64,000 nt of DNA from Basidiobolus meristosporus CBS 931.73 (Eukaryota > Fungi > Basidiobolomycota), in NCBI GenBank assembly GCA_002104905.1, contig MCFE01000429.1:12478-76477 (forward strand). Reading direction: 5' to 3'. The notes beneath the pieces were generated by a model. The model was not told where the DNA came from. It searched no databases and saw nothing but the letters and a program-made list of their open reading frames with translations. Positions 16,794 to 30,917 of this stretch are shown here, one piece after another. A program made the translations under genes and the position numbers. Each line of letters starts with the position of its first letter. The stretch's first letter is position 1.

Positions 16794-19008
16794 GGTCAGA
16801 ATCCAAGTTGGAATGTATGAGGTAGGAGAATATGAGTGACAAGAGAGAGGTGAGAATATTTCTAGTTGAACGAAAGCTTCGCCAGCACCCTTTAACTGCC
16901 TGACGAAATTGCTTACGATATCTGATATACACCAATCGAAACGAGTCGATGATTTTCCGATGATGGCTATTGCACATTAGCTAGGCGTTGTGCAAGTTCT
17001 GAATATAGTGATTTCCTAAAATCCACGGATGTCGAATTTGGTTGCGTCATCCATACGGTTAGGTTCTTATCATTGCGGTAGCTGTGTGTAATTTTGAGTG
17101 GTCACCAGACTTGAACAGCCATAACAAATGACTTGCTGCGATATTGGCCTTAAAATGTCAAGAAAATTCTAGAGGCGCTTATTTAGGCATTCAGAACTAA
17201 TTCCGCAGAAAATGGTCATAATGAACTGTTGTGGGCCACAACCCTTGCACTAGTTGTTGCCACCTAGATCTGTTTTTTGAAAATGAGGCATAGTTGTGTT
17301 AGAATAGATTGCCCATCATACAGCTGCTGCTTCGGTACCAAGCAACTATCACAATAGGAGTGGTACCGGTATGTGAAATAAGATCCCGTTTGCACAGTAT
17401 TTGATGTCAGATAGAGGATAATGCCATACTCAAGCCCATGGAGGTGGCAAGGGTGGAATAACTCGAAACTCTGGTTGTTGAGTATATGGCATAATTCTAT
17501 GATCTGTGAGGCGTTGCCATTGTCTAGAAAGGCCAAAGTTGGCTGCATAGAAGCGGCCTTATTGTTACTTGGCGCACATTGTTATGCTATGTTAGCACTA
17601 CCTTATAAAGTAATATCTAGACATCTGACTAAATTCATGTAGCAAAAATTCCTCACTTGTGGACAGATTACTTTTACCAGACCGGTTAGATTGATTTAAA
17701 CTAACACTGCTTTGTCACTTAGCAATCAGCCTCAGTGCATTGTATCTATATATTGAATCCATTTAAATATACTCTGTCCAACACAATATCCTCATTCAAG
17801 GCGGTAATGAAGATTGATGGTTCTCAATAGCTGCCCTCGTTTGGTTTTTAACCTCATTCAGGAATACAGCGAGTGAAACACCGGAGTGTGAGTGTAATTT
17901 TCGTAAATCAGCATAGATATTTTCGATTGCTGTTAGTTTGCATTGATCTCCCATGTGATCTCGATATAGCTGCTAACAAACTACATGTCATCAGTGTGAG
18001 TACAGGGTTTTGGAAGTATCCTAGGTCTGATACAGGCACGTCAGGCCCTCTATCACCTAAAGATTCAAACTTTCCCTATCTACATTTGTTGCAAATAGAT
18101 GAATGAAAAGCATTGCTCATATCAAGGCGCTTTGAGTATTTACAACTGTTTATAGGCCGTATGAGGCTGTGCGGAGGATGTAAATTTTCTGTCCCAACAG
18201 CCACATTGAGGATCCACTCATACTTGAAACAATAACTCACTGTCAGTTGTACACAAAGTAACCATCAGGAGATAGATAGGTGGTTTGCCGTGGAGATGTC
18301 GTTCAGAAGTGTAGTTGAATAACATACAACATAGATAAATATTACGGTTTTATCGTTAAAGAGCCTGAACATTTATTGGATTCTTGCCATAGTCTTTCCC
18401 CCGTTTGATACCAACGTAATATCTGTATGTATATACCAGCTAATCAGACTAGAAGCTATCACCAGAAAACATTTAGTGTCAGTAAGAATTGATGCATTAC
18501 TTAGCTTCGTATTTACAAGATTTCAAGGTTGCAGTGAACTCGATGCTAAGGTAGAAGAAATCTTGGCCAACTTCAGCAAGTATAATTAGGGCCTATCTCA
18601 ACTTGAATGGAATTCTATCAATAGGCCGCATAGATATTATGCAAACTGGGAACGCCTCTAATTGCTTACACCCCTATTGAACCACAAATGAGCAAATTGA
18701 AGTGAGTCCCAGCAATTAACACCCCCACATTTCATTGCCAGACAGCGGTAGGCTGATACAAGTGTGTATATTCATTATACTCGGGCTACTATCAACGAAA
18801 TTAAGCAAGCTGTATTTCCCGTCCGACGGAGTATTGATTTTACGAAGGAGGTTTGTTTAAGCTATTGCCTTTTGGGTTGCATAACAAAATGTCGTCCGAT
18901 ATCAATATCTAAGCAACAAGTTGGATCATGGCCTAAAGCGGATGCGTATAAATAAGCGGTTGATGTTCACGAAAAGCAGTATCACATCACATTTGCAAAC
19001 TAAAGAAA

Positions 19009-19533
19009 ATGAAAAGCTGGACTGCCCTCATTTGCTTTGCTCTCTGCATTCTTCAATTCGCCTTTGCCACCGGTAATCCTCGGAATGGATCTCGGGGCCA
19101 TGTCAAGCGGCATCCAAGAAAAAGTGACATTGTTTTGATTGGGAAAGGTAATACTGGAGACAACGATCCTCAGCAGATGCTTCTACTAGTCAACCAGCAG
19201 CGTCAGCAAAATGGATAGAAGCCCCTCCAACTTGACAATCGCTTGGTAGAATCAGCACAAAAGCACACTGAATATCAGGCCAGCATTGGACAAATTACTC
19301 ATAGCGAACCTGGGAGACCATTGAGCACTCGTGTATCAAAAACCGGATTTAGGTGGACTGCACTTGGAGAGAACGTGGCTATGGGGTACCAAATCACCAA
19401 TGCAGTGATGAATGGCTGGACGAATTCACCTGGGCATCGACAAAATATTCTTAACCCTCAGTTCACTCATTTCGGGTCTGGCTATGTCGCCAATGGGAAC
19501 TACTGGACACAAAACTTCGGTCGCAGTGCGTAA
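19009..19533 (+). pseudogene. Secreted CAP/SCP-domain protein interrupted by one in-frame TAG (19216-19218)
   Basis: Signal peptide followed by LVNQQRQQNG*KPLQLDNRLVESAQKH, GENVAMG, WTNSPGHRQNIL and YWTQNFG. ORFs 19009-19218 and 19243-19533 share a frame, and no intron is needed to preserve domain spacing. Confidence 0.85.
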
Positions 19534-20564
19534 TTCGATCGTGATCTGAGAGGTTCTTCCCTTGATGAAATGGATCAAGCTTGTTTGTCATCCAATAAAT
19601 AGTGGGTCCGACTGGTGAATTTCACCCATCCCTTGGCAGAAAGCCAAATAGTACATTTCACTAGGAGAATTTAGTATGAGACATAGCTAAATTTAAGGTG
19701 GAACATACACGCTGATTTTCTAGACAAGCGGAGTTACGTTGTCTCTGTTTCGGCCTGATAATTCTCTAGCCTATCACGGAGCCAGGTCGTACAGGTTTGT
19801 CAATCATCTGCACCACGACGGCACTGCTGCCTGCAGAAGTAACGCGGTATCCATTGCGCACACGATAGCATCCCTGCCCATATTAAGGAGAGCCTATTGG
19901 CACAAAGTACCATCATAGTAAAGCATCAGTATCATATTTCGGTGCACCATTGCACACTACCATCGATCACACTGAAGGCCTTTATCACTAGATAATCTGG
20001 ACATCCTTGGTTAATCACATGGCACGAAATATCTATGCAATCAGGAAATTGAAACCTCGACCATACGAATCATATCCCTACGAAAAAGGCAACTCCAAGC
20101 ACAACCCACCTGGTACCTTGTGTCTGGTCAGCGCCATGATAGCTCAAGCAAATGGTGATAATCGGAACACACAAATGTGAATCACATTGGTTTTGGCACC
20201 ACCATGGGAGCTAGGAATGACATTGCGAAGGTCGTGGCGCCTCGTGAAGAGAGTGCGTCGGACCCTAACTACAATTTGGGTGGCGGCATAAATCCCCCGG
20301 AAAGGAGTGATCGAAAATGATTTCATCTGGCCTGGTTAATGTAATAATTACATAATATAACATGGTAGAATGTGAAGGATATCACTTGTTAAGCAGCCTG
20401 CCATCACCAGTTACCATTGGTGGATCCCGGGGGTGCTCTTTGTGGCACATGCCTGCTAATTGCTGTTGCTGTATTTGGCATTTGATACAGCATTTGGTAT
20501 AAAAGGCACAGCTTGGCCCAAGTCATTTTCATATCATTCAGCAACCTTCCCTTTATTGTACAAA

Positions 20565-22479
20565 ATGTCTCCTCAGCTTCATGCCAACCCTGTAAATAAT
20601 ACTTTCAAAGGTATAACCTATGCTTCTGCTCTATTGGAAACCATGCTGACTCATTACATGGCAGTGCCCAAAGGCAAAAAGGTCCTAAGACTTGACACCA
20701 TCTGCCCGCAGGTGCGTGAGGTTCGCTATGCTGTCCGTGGGGAGATCGCTATCCGTGCCGAAGAGCTTAAGAAGGTAGGTTTCCAATAAACTGCTGACTC
20801 CTGCGAATTGGGGTGGGGTAATTGACACTGACTTAGGAGCTCGAGAAAAAAGGATCCAATCTTCCATTCAAAGAGATAGTGAATATTAATATCGGCAACC
20901 CCCAGCAGCTAAAACAAAAGCCAATCACCTTCTTCCGCCAGGTAGGCCACCATTTCTGCCTCTTTATTTCGGAACTCTAACCAATCTGTATATTAGGTTG
21001 CATCCTTGGTAGAGTATCCTGACCTGCTACTAGATGAGAACAAAGACAAAGTGAGCTTGCTCTTCCCAACGGACGCCGTCGAGAGAGCCAAAACTCTGGT
21101 TGATGCATGTGGTGGCAGCGTCGGAGCTTACAGCCACTCTCAAGGCATTCCGCACATCCGTAAGAATGTGGCCAAGTTCATAGAAGGTATGTTCGTCTTA
21201 GATACGTATGATATTTCTTGGGGCTAAGGGTAAAACCTAGAACGTGACGGGTACCCGGCCGATATGAATAAGGTGTTCTTGACTATGGGGTAGGTTCCTG
21301 AAACATTGCTTTCTGGTGGAAATAACAGTTCTAACTGGGAGGTTTTACTAGTGCGTCCGCGGGTGTTCAATTAGCATTACGTTTTATCATCGAGAATTCC
21401 AAAGTTGGCATCATGATCCCGATCCCACAGTACCCCCTTTACACTGCTACCTTATCTCTCTATGATGGACAGGCTGTTCCCTATTACTTGGATGAAGAGA
21501 ATGCCTGGAGCATGGATGTAGGTGGTTTACAGCAATGGTGTTGCATTGTCTCCAAAACTAAGCTGGCAATCTAGATTGGAGAGCTTAAGAAATCGGTTGA
21601 TGAAGCTCGCCAAAAAGACATTGACGTCAGAGCCCTGTGCATCATCAACCCCGGCAATCCTACGGGCCAATGCCTCACCGAACAAAACATGAGGGAGGTG
21701 ATAGAATTCTGTCAGAGAGAGAGGCTTGTGCTTCTGGCGGATGAGGTGTATCAGGAAAACATCTACATGCCTAGCACCCGACCCTTCCACTCATTTAAGA
21801 AGGTGTTGAAATCCATGGGGCCTAGCTTCGACGATGTAGAGCTCATATCATTCCATTCCATCTCAAAAGGCATGATAGGTGAGTGTGGTCGCCGTGGTGG
21901 GTATTTTGAGTTGCAAGGAATTGAACAAGAGGTTGTCGACCAGATCTATAAGATTTCCTCGGTTTCCCTCTGCCCGAATGTTCAAGGACAAATCATGGTT
22001 GATCTTATGGTAAACCCGCCCAAACCTGGTGACGAATCATACGATTTGTATACCCAAGAGATCGATGCCATATATCAATCTCTCAAGCGGAGAAGTGATC
22101 TTTTATGCGACGCCTTTAACAAACTAGAGGATGTCACTTGTAACAAAGCAGAAGGTGCCCTTTATCTTTTCCCTAGAGTGCGGCTTCCGGAAGGTGCTAT
22201 CAAGGCCGCAGCTGAAGCAGGAAAGAACCCCGACGATTTTTATGCACTAGCAATGCTTAACGGGACTGGAGTGGTACGTTGATGAATAGTCTATATTCTC
22301 TGGATTTAGGTTGACCGTTTCTCCCTGACTAGTGTGTTGTACCCGGGAGTGGATTTGGACAGGAGAAGGGTACTTACCATTTTCGTGCGACCTTCCTTCC
22401 CCCAGAAGAGCTCTTCAGCGAGTTCATCGACTTGCTCAAACGCTTCCATCAAGATTTCATGGATAAATATCGCTACTGA
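20565..22479 (+). CDS. ALT1: Alanine aminotransferase (PLP-dependent), multi-exon
   Basis: Motifs VRYAVRGE, NIGNPQQL, GAYSHSQG, PIPQYPLYTA, IINPGNPTGQ, LADEVYQENIY, FHSISKG (PLP Lys), ECGRRGGY, VVPGSGFGQ and HFRATFLP. Confidence 0.95.
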
Positions 22480-23104
22480 CTGATATGATTGCATCCGCTG
22501 CTTCCCTAGATGTATACACTAACAATGCACCTCGCTCGTATTAATATACCCATTCCTACGGTGTTAAATTCCCTTCCATCATTACATATCTTATGATGCC
22601 CTCGAATAAAGTCTATTTTATACTCAAATGAGCATAGTGAGCTCTCAGTTTAAGTGTGTATACCACGTTCAAAATATCCCAAACGACTGGTGCGACCAGT
22701 AACTAACACGCTCTACCGGTTACGATTGTGATCGAGGTTCCGCTTTTCAGTGTTCGGGTATGGCTATTCATTGAGGTGAGTTTGCACTCCCTCAGGATTA
22801 CCGACGTACAAGATGCCCCATAATTGACTATTTGATGGAGCTAAGGGGAGTAGATTGATTCAATATTTGGTGCGGTTTAATAGTGATTTGATTTGAAATT
22901 CTAATTTGGATCATGCACTGTGGGAATTAATTGGAGGCAATTGATCTGAAAATGCTTTATAGTACTTTTATGCAACCTTAGTCATACTATCAAGGCCAAA
23001 GTGTTTAAAGAAAAAAGAAAAAAAGGATTTTATTTTAGTTGCGGTGCATCCTTGTGATATTGTGTATTGTTCAGGATAACCTTGGCTTCACTTGATTTTC
23101 ATAG

Positions 23105-26100
23105 ATGGACGTCGACACTGCTGAAATACAGAACATGGAGGCTGGGCTCAATGGAGATACACCTGGATCTTCCCGATCCCCTCAAAACAAGCGTAGAAGA
23201 ACCAATTCATTGACATCTGTTGGGTACAGACGTGAATCTTTGACCGATGAAACCAGCAATGTCGCAGCTAGCGTCTCCGCTGTGCAGCCACCTCAATGGC
23301 AAGCTACCATTGAGAAAGCTATCAAAGCCATTGTATCAATTCGCTTCAGCCAAGTAGCTGCGTTCGATACCGAAGGTTAGTCCGTTTTCCAGCAATAGAA
23401 AAGCAAATATCAACTCGATGAATAGATGGGAGAGCATACTAATCCTCACTTTCAGGCCCCGAAAACTCCGAGGCTACTGGGTTTATTGTCGATGCCGAGC
23501 AAGGATTAATCCTAACAAATAGGTGAGAAGCCGGTGATCTGTTGAAATTATGGCCCACTTCTGATCCGCTCTCTCTAGACATGTTGTTGGTGCCGGTCCA
23601 TTTGTTGGTGAAGCAGTGGCTCACGATCACGAGGAGGTCGATGTTTATCCAGTTTATAGGTATTCTATATGTAATGGCATTCATCGTTAGTATCATACTC
23701 ACTTTTCTGAACCATAATAGAGATCCAGTTCATGACTTCGGGTAACCTATTTCTTAAATGGTCTCTGTCTTTGTTTTGTCTCAGCCTTCTCATACTCTAT
23801 AGATTTCTACGATTTGATACGTCCAAAATCAAGTACATGAAGCTTACTGGCATTCCACTGAGACCTCACTTGGCTCGTGTGGGTCTTGATATTAGAGTGG
23901 TAGGTAATGATGCTGGTGAGAAATTATCCATTCTTGCCGGCTCCATCTCTAGACTGGATCGAAATGCGCCTGAATACGGGGACATGACTTACAATGATTT
24001 CAACACATTTTACTTGTAAGTACTTTGCAATCAGCTAGAAAACACCCGAATGACACTAATCCCCTATCAAAAGACAAGCTGCCTCAAGCACCAGTGGAGG
24101 TGAGAACCCGATTACCTGACAGGGCAAGGCCGTAGTCTAACCTTGATCTTTAGGCAGCTCCGGAAGTCCAGTCATCGATATCAATGGCTGCGCAGTTGCT
24201 TTACAAGCTGGTTCGTAACTTTGCACGTAGACACCCGTCGATACAATGGCTTCGGACATTAATCGTCGCCTAACTCTTAATAGGAGGCCACACCAAAGCC
24301 GCTACCGATTTCTTCCTGCCACTCGACCGCGTCAAGCGCGCTTTGGATTTGATCAGAGAGGGAAAGCCAGTATCGCGCGGAACAATTCAAGTCCAATTCC
24401 TGTTAGTACCATAGCAGTATTGATATTTTGCTTTCTGATGCTGACATTTGCCTTTGCAGTTACCGGCCATTTGACGAGGTGAGACGCTTGGGTCTTCGCA
24501 GTGAAACCGAGACGTTCATTCGCTCCAAGTTCCCCGAGGAGATTGGTATGCTGGTTGCCGAGACGGTTGTACCCAAAGGGCCGGGATCGACATATATGGA
24601 AGAAGGCGATATACTCATCTCAATAAACGGCGAGTATGTGACCAAATTTGTCCCCCTCGAAGTCTTTCTGGATGATAATGTTGGAAAAGAGATAACTGTG
24701 GTCATTGAGCGCGGCGGTGTCCCACTTGAATTCAAGCTGGCCGTTCAAGATTTACATTCGATGTGAGTAGTTCAAGCAGTAAGTTATTCACGACCTCAGG
24801 CTAACATTCTTTTAGCACCCCTGATCGGTATGTTGAGATTGGTGGGGCCAAGCTGAATGAGCTTTCATACCAGCTCGCTCGTTCTTACTGTGTTCCCGTT
24901 GGTGGTGTTTATGTCTCAGAGCCTAGCGGAATGTTCAGGCTGGAGGGACAAGATAACGGATGGATCATCTCCTCTGTCGATAACAAGCCAACGCCAAATC
25001 TTGACAGCTTTATAGAAGTCATGAAAGGTATACCCGATCGTGAGCGAATCCCTGTGGTCTACTACTCCATCGCCGATACGCACACAAGCAGCGTAGCTGT
25101 AGTTCAAGTCGAAAGACATTGGTCAAGCTTTAAGTTAGCAGCAAGAAATGGTAGGTGGATTCCGGGTTCTTTGTTGATGGTTGCTAGAAAGCCTAATGTT
25201 GCTTGAATGTAGATGTTAGAGGCATCTGGGACTTCACAGATCTCGGAGACCCAATTCCTCCCAAGCCATTGAAGCCCGCCACCGCCAAATTCGTTACTCT
25301 TGATGATAGCCTAGGAGCAGGCAAACACCTGATCAACTCATTAGTGAGAGTTAGCTATTATATGCCATGCAAAATCGATGGCTTCCCAAGAAGCAGAGTA
25401 GGGTCATTATATAACGAACTGTACTTCTATTCATACTAAATGGATTTTGTATTTTAGAAACAAGGAGCCGGCCTTATCCTCGATGCCCAACGTGGCTTGG
25501 TTGTTGTTGGCCGCAGCATCGTTCCATTTGCCTTGGGCGATTTGTCCCTTACCTTTGCCGATTCCATCATTATCCCGGGTAAGGTGGAGTACCTCCACCC
25601 CACCCACAACTTCACATTCATATCCTATGATCCGAAATTAATTGGCGAGACACCGGTGAAGTCTGCGGTCATTAGCGATACTCCCCTGGTGCAAGGTATT
25701 CTACAGTTCTTCTTCAGCCTCTCTACTTTCAGTCAGTGAACCTTGTTACCCCTAGGTCATAAAGTTGGTTTTGTAGCGTTCAACCATAACCACCGCCCAA
25801 TCTGTATCAACACTGTTGTCACAGATGTCACCAGCGTAACCATTCCTCAGAACGCTACGCCAAGATTTAGGTATTGAAGTATGTGCATTTTAGCCTCACA
25901 GAACACCTCTAACAGGCTTCATTTTATCAGGAGCATTAACCTAGAAGCAGTCACCGTTGATACGCCCATTGCCCAGCAATGCTCCAGCGGTGTTTTGTGT
26001 GACGACAAAGGACATGTCCAAGCTCTTTGGCTGTCGTATCTAGGCGAGCGTACAGTCTCCAACCACGATAATGAATACTACCTCGGCTTGAATATCAACA

Positions 26101-27094
26101 CTGTTTTGCCTGTTTTGGAGCCTTTATGCAAGGGTGTCAAGCCCGACCTCAGATTCATTAACATTGAATTGATGCCCGTTCAAATAGTCCAGGCCCGCCA
26201 TATGGGTTTGACTGAGGAATGGGTAAGAAAAGTGGAGGAGGCTAGCCCACATAGACATCAGTTATTCATGATTCGACAAACCGAGGCTGGAAGTCGAAGT
26301 GCCGAGGTTTTGAAAGAGTTGGATATCATCCTCTCGGTAAACGGCAAAACAGTGACACGAATGTATGATTTGGATATCCAGTATGACGCCGAGGAATTGG
26401 AAATGGTAGACCTTTAGCACTTCTGCGAATTCATTGTGCGATGAAGTAACCCTCTTTCAATAGGTTATTCTACGTGAGAAGGTTGAAATGACCATTAAGG
26501 TCCCCACCAGTCCTATTTCTGGAGAAGGAACAAACAGAGTAGTACTCTGGGCCGGAGCGGCAATTCAAGGTACTAAACATGCCTTGACATGCGCTACAAC
26601 ACCGACTAACCTCTTGTCCCCCCCACCATCATTCTAGAACCACACAAGGCAGTCTTGCAACAATCCAAAACTCTGCCTTCGCACGTGTATGTCTCTGCAC
26701 GAAGCAAAGGTTCGCCAGCGTACCAGTACGGCATAGTAAGTAATGCTAGAGTTCTGAGGCAATGTAGACATCAACTAATAGCCCTTGACAATTTGTCATT
26801 AGGTGCCCACTATGTGGATCACTCATATCAACGGTGTTCCTACACCTAATCTTACTGCTTTCTTGGAAGCAGTCAAACAGTATCCTGATAACACATACAT
26901 TCGGGTAAAGACGATTAGCTTTGATATGATCCCTATGGTGCTGAGCGTTAAAACAAACCAACACTACTGGTAATTTTGGTATTAGAATGAAACTTTCCTT
27001 CCACCATTTGGACTAACCGCCACCTTTTAGGCCAACTGTGGAATTACTACAAGATGCTGATGTTGATTGTGGCTGGAAGCAGCTTTCGCACTAA
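23105..27094 (+). CDS. NMA111: HtrA-like serine protease Nma111 (tandem protease and PDZ modules), many exons
   Basis: [25 protein letters not shown], catalytic TNRH / RDPVHDFG / [15 protein letters not shown], and a second module with SINLEA and VLWAGA. Confidence 0.93.
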
Positions 27095-27207
27095 TAACAG
27101 GTTCACTTGAGGGCCCAATCTATGTCACAACAACGATCTCGTTTTGAATAGAAACAAAAGAATCCCTATGCTTCCCATGTCATACGTATCTCCATCACCG
27201 TAACAAA

Positions 27208-27211
<4 letters not shown>

Positions 27212-27252
<41 letters not shown>
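27212..27252 (+). repeat. (CT)n microsatellite, about 20 units
   Basis: Direct reading of an uninterrupted CT run downstream of NMA111. Confidence 0.95.
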
Positions 27253-27254
<2 letters not shown>

Positions 27255-27710
27255 GGATTCTTCACCCTTCTATCTCATTCAACTATCCACAGCAACAGAC
27301 TTAGAGGATTTTACCAAACTATCAAAAATATACCTCATTACTACATAGCCCAGGATTAAATTTATGCTTTGTAAATGTAACGAAAAAAAAGACGTTTCCA
27401 TTTACGAACTTCTAAATATTTATTGCAGCTTTTCATCCTTTCCAATTGATAAAAGTATAGTCATGGTTATGGAAAAAGAATAGGAAAATATATAAATCTT
27501 ACATACATTCTAAAAATACGAAGACAAGAGAAATAAGGAGTTAACAAAGGAGCCATCTAGCGCGAATGAATCAAGTAGCAATGTCTTCTAATGCTGGCAA
27601 CTACAGTATTAATAATGGTCAAAGGGAAATTGGGGGAAGATACGACTGGGGTTTTGAATGCGGAAGTACAAGAATCAAATTCATTAAAGAAAAGAAAGGA
27701 TGTAATGCAT

Positions 27711-29369
27711 TTATTCGGATTTCTTTTTCTTCTTCTTGTCCTTCTTCTCCTTTTTTGTGTCCTCTTCAGCCTCGGCCTTTCTCTTCTTGTCCTTTTTCTT
27801 GTCCTTCTTCTCCTTCTTAGTATCTTCGTCATCGGATTCTGCCTTTCTCTTCTTCTCCTTCTTCTCGCTCTTGGGAGTCTCCATGCTGACTTCATCGGAG
27901 GTGGATTTGGAAGGAGTAGTAGGAACAACTGCATCGGTCTTGGTGTTGTAGGTGCTCACATTGCTGTTTGGCTCGAACTTCTTTTGTCCTTTGGGTGTCT
28001 TGTTGGGAGTTCTGGCGGCACCAGCAGCGAAGCGGCCCTCCAATTGACGAAGACGTGCCTCGACCTTAGCACGGTTCTCCATACCAACCTCAGGGGTATC
28101 TTTGTCACCGAGGGCGTCAACACGAATAGAGATGGCAGCCTTAGTAGCAAGCATACGGGCAATCTTGCCCTTCATCTTAGGGCCGGCTTGGCCGATCAAG
28201 GAAGCGTGGTAGATCAAGCCGTACTTGGGGGTATCGTGCTTAGTTTTGAGGGCTCTGAAGAGGGCCTTCTCGGCACCAAGAATCTGGACGGTAGAAGCGG
28301 GGTGCTTGGCGAGGTTCATAAGGGAACCGGCGTGGGCAATCAAACGGGCACCGACCAACTCACCAACAAGAGTAGTGAGATTGGGTGCGATGGCAACCAT
28401 ACGGTTCTTGAGGTACTCGTAGAGCTGGGTACGATATTCGGTGATAGAGATAACTTGCTCACACAAGTGAGTAATGTTCATAATATCCTCATCGGAAATT
28501 TCGGTACCCATGGAGATTTCGGCGGCATCCTTTAACTCCTTTTCAAGCTCTTCAGGGAGAATAGTCGAAAGATCGGTCTTAGAGGCGTTGGTACGGAAAC
28601 CCATAGCCTTGACAACACGAGCAAAGGCCAAGTTATCGACAATGATCTTGGCCATTTCAGGGAAATGCCAACCGTACCATTCCTTGGCACGCATAGCATA
28701 GGTGTTCAACTCTTTGTCCAAATCATCGAGAAGGGCAATAGCTTGAACGATCATGGTATCGACCTTATCGGGGGAGAACTTGAGCTTATAACGAGAGAGG
28801 GAATGAGAAAGACCGAGAGCCATAGCATTCATATCCGACTGAGGGATACCAGTCAACAGGGAGGAGATTTGGCTACGGATACCACGATAAAGCTCATTAA
28901 CGGTCGAGTCAGAGACAATCTTGATGCCGAGTTTCTTGGAGATAGCACCACCTTGAATAACAACACGTTAGTATGCTGTGCAAAAAACCTCTCCGTGAAG
29001 TATATCACTCTACCAAGCTTAGAATCGGCAACAATCAAGCTCTCCTTCTTCATCTCTTTCTCGCTAATCTCATCACTCAAAAACTTCTTCAAGCTTTTGT
29101 CGAGCTTACCCTCGACGATGGCGGTGGCAGCTGACAAGGCATCGATGGTATTCTCGAACTTTTGGAAAGCCTTCAACTTGATACTGGAACAAAGACATTC
29201 AATGTATGAGCTAAGGAAACGACAGAGCATTACGGGTCAATACTTACGTTTGGTTGGCCTTCTCAGCAGTCTCGAATTCCTTATACAAATCATCAGGCTT
29301 TTCGATTTTGCCATCGTCAAGAAGCTTGAACAAGGCGTAACCAGCAGGTGTCTCGTGAAGTACTAACAT
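27711..29369 (-). CDS. NOP58: Box C/D snoRNP core protein Nop58
   Basis: [15 protein letters not shown] start; [30 protein letters not shown]; [17 protein letters not shown]; TPKYGLIYH; KKE/D tail. Confidence 0.95.
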
Positions 29370-30024
29370 ATTAAAAAACGACTAGTGTATAATGGGAAAC
29401 CAACACCGTACAGAGAAGTCAAAGCCAGCCGTTAGCCACAAGTGCCTTGATGTTAGGTAAGTACGAGAAAAAAAATCCGAAACGATGAAGAAAAAAAAGT
29501 CGCGAAAACAAAAAAAATTCCAATGTACATGATTGGAATTAGAGATTTTTCGAGGGAATTTTGACCAGGCAACTCTATGTTCCAAGCCTTTTTTTGTGAA
29601 TTTTTGCGATTCATGGTGAAATTTCATTTTCGTTTAGGTGATCGTTAGAAAAGTTTATCACCCAAATAGCCTTGTGGAAGATTCATTGGGCCGACTCCTG
29701 CCCCCTACCGGATTTAAACTTTCTGGGTGACCTCTTTAATTTATGTTCGATATGCAAATATGCTGTAGAAAAGTTCGCTAGAACAGGTCATTTCTCCAAT
29801 GGAAAAGACAGTCCAATAGGATATTTGGTAAATCCCACTCCGAATATTGGTTAACTTGAGGGATAAAGAATGATAAAGAATGCGGAAATCTAGTTACTGG
29901 TGATCACTCTAAACAATCAGAGTATCCCATTGTGAATAGCTAGCAATAACTGTTTTTATTGACTTCAACATGCAAGGAATCCAGTGCATCGCAAGTACAA
30001 GCAGATAAGCCGAATGTGGGTGAT

Positions 30025-30487
30025 TTAAGACTCCATCAATTCACGGAGACGACGGACAGTACTGCGGACAGTAGCAGCGGCGGTGGTAGAGACAGTCCAA
30101 GCACCTCCAGCCATGACCTTGCGACAGCCACGGCATTCCCAGATACCGACAGATTGGCGTTTGACAGCATCCTAGAAAAGCTATGATTAGCAACGGCAGC
30201 CAACATAGATGAGCGATCTAAGGCAGCATACCTTTCCACAGAAGGTGCAGGTGTACTTGGCGTGCTGGGTAATTTCCATCTTCTTCACTTGCTTACGAAG
30301 GGAAGCACCATAACGGGTACCGTATTTACCAACAACTCCAACCTTTTTAGTACGTTTAGCCTAAAGTCCAATGATGCATTAGGTCTCTGCTGTGTTAACT
30401 TGGGCAGTTCTATCGCTTGACACTACGCTAGGCTGTGATACGCAATGGATGGTGCAAGCATGAGGTATTGATGAGTATACTAACCAT
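30025..30487 (-). CDS. RPL43: 60S ribosomal protein eL43; first coding exon is the ATG alone
   Basis: ATG|GTTAGT donor, then [23 protein letters not shown]...CTFCGK, then [18 protein letters not shown]...RRLRELMES*. Confidence 0.95.
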
Positions 30488-30643
30488 TTCGAAGATTAAC
30501 TAAGAAAGGATGCAAAAGGCAGTTTCATCAGAGCCTTTCTCTCTTTTGATGGATTTCGACTAGCCCAATCTCCATGGATCGTGTCTGCCAATGAATCTTG
30601 GCTAAACGATAATGGCTGTATTTGGAATTGTCTGGATAAATGG

Positions 30644-30656
30644 GAGAAATTTTTGA
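30644..30656. promoter_or_regulatory. RRPE-like motif GAGAAATTTTTGA upstream of RPL43
   Basis: Identical 13-mer also upstream of RACK1; resembles the yeast RRPE (TGAAAATTTT). Confidence 0.4.
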
Positions 30657-30917
30657 ATCTCAAGAAGCCCTGACGAATGGGGTGCTGGCTTGGGTCTTAC
30701 TATTTATTTTGTGATACATAGTGTGATATGGACTAGGTTCACTACACGTTATAATACAAGAACAAAGATGAAATGGATTGGCAGTAAATTAGTCTGATGA
30801 AATAAAAAAACCAGTGTTGGTTGCAGCAAGTTGAAACGGACGTGGTGAAAAAGGGGAGCGGGGTCTTGTGTAAGATTCAGCAGATATATACAACTTGTAC
30901 GGGATGAACTGTGCGTA

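Noticed and set aside
16900-18950. 2-kb gene-free stretch with short ORFs and somewhat low CpG
   Set aside because: No recognisable domains, termini or consistent splice chain; an old relic is possible but unsupported.
27591-28535. Long antisense ORFs (314 aa over NOP58; others over CDC48, RPS5, MGM1, USP48)
   Set aside because: Shadows of codon-biased sense genes with no independent features.
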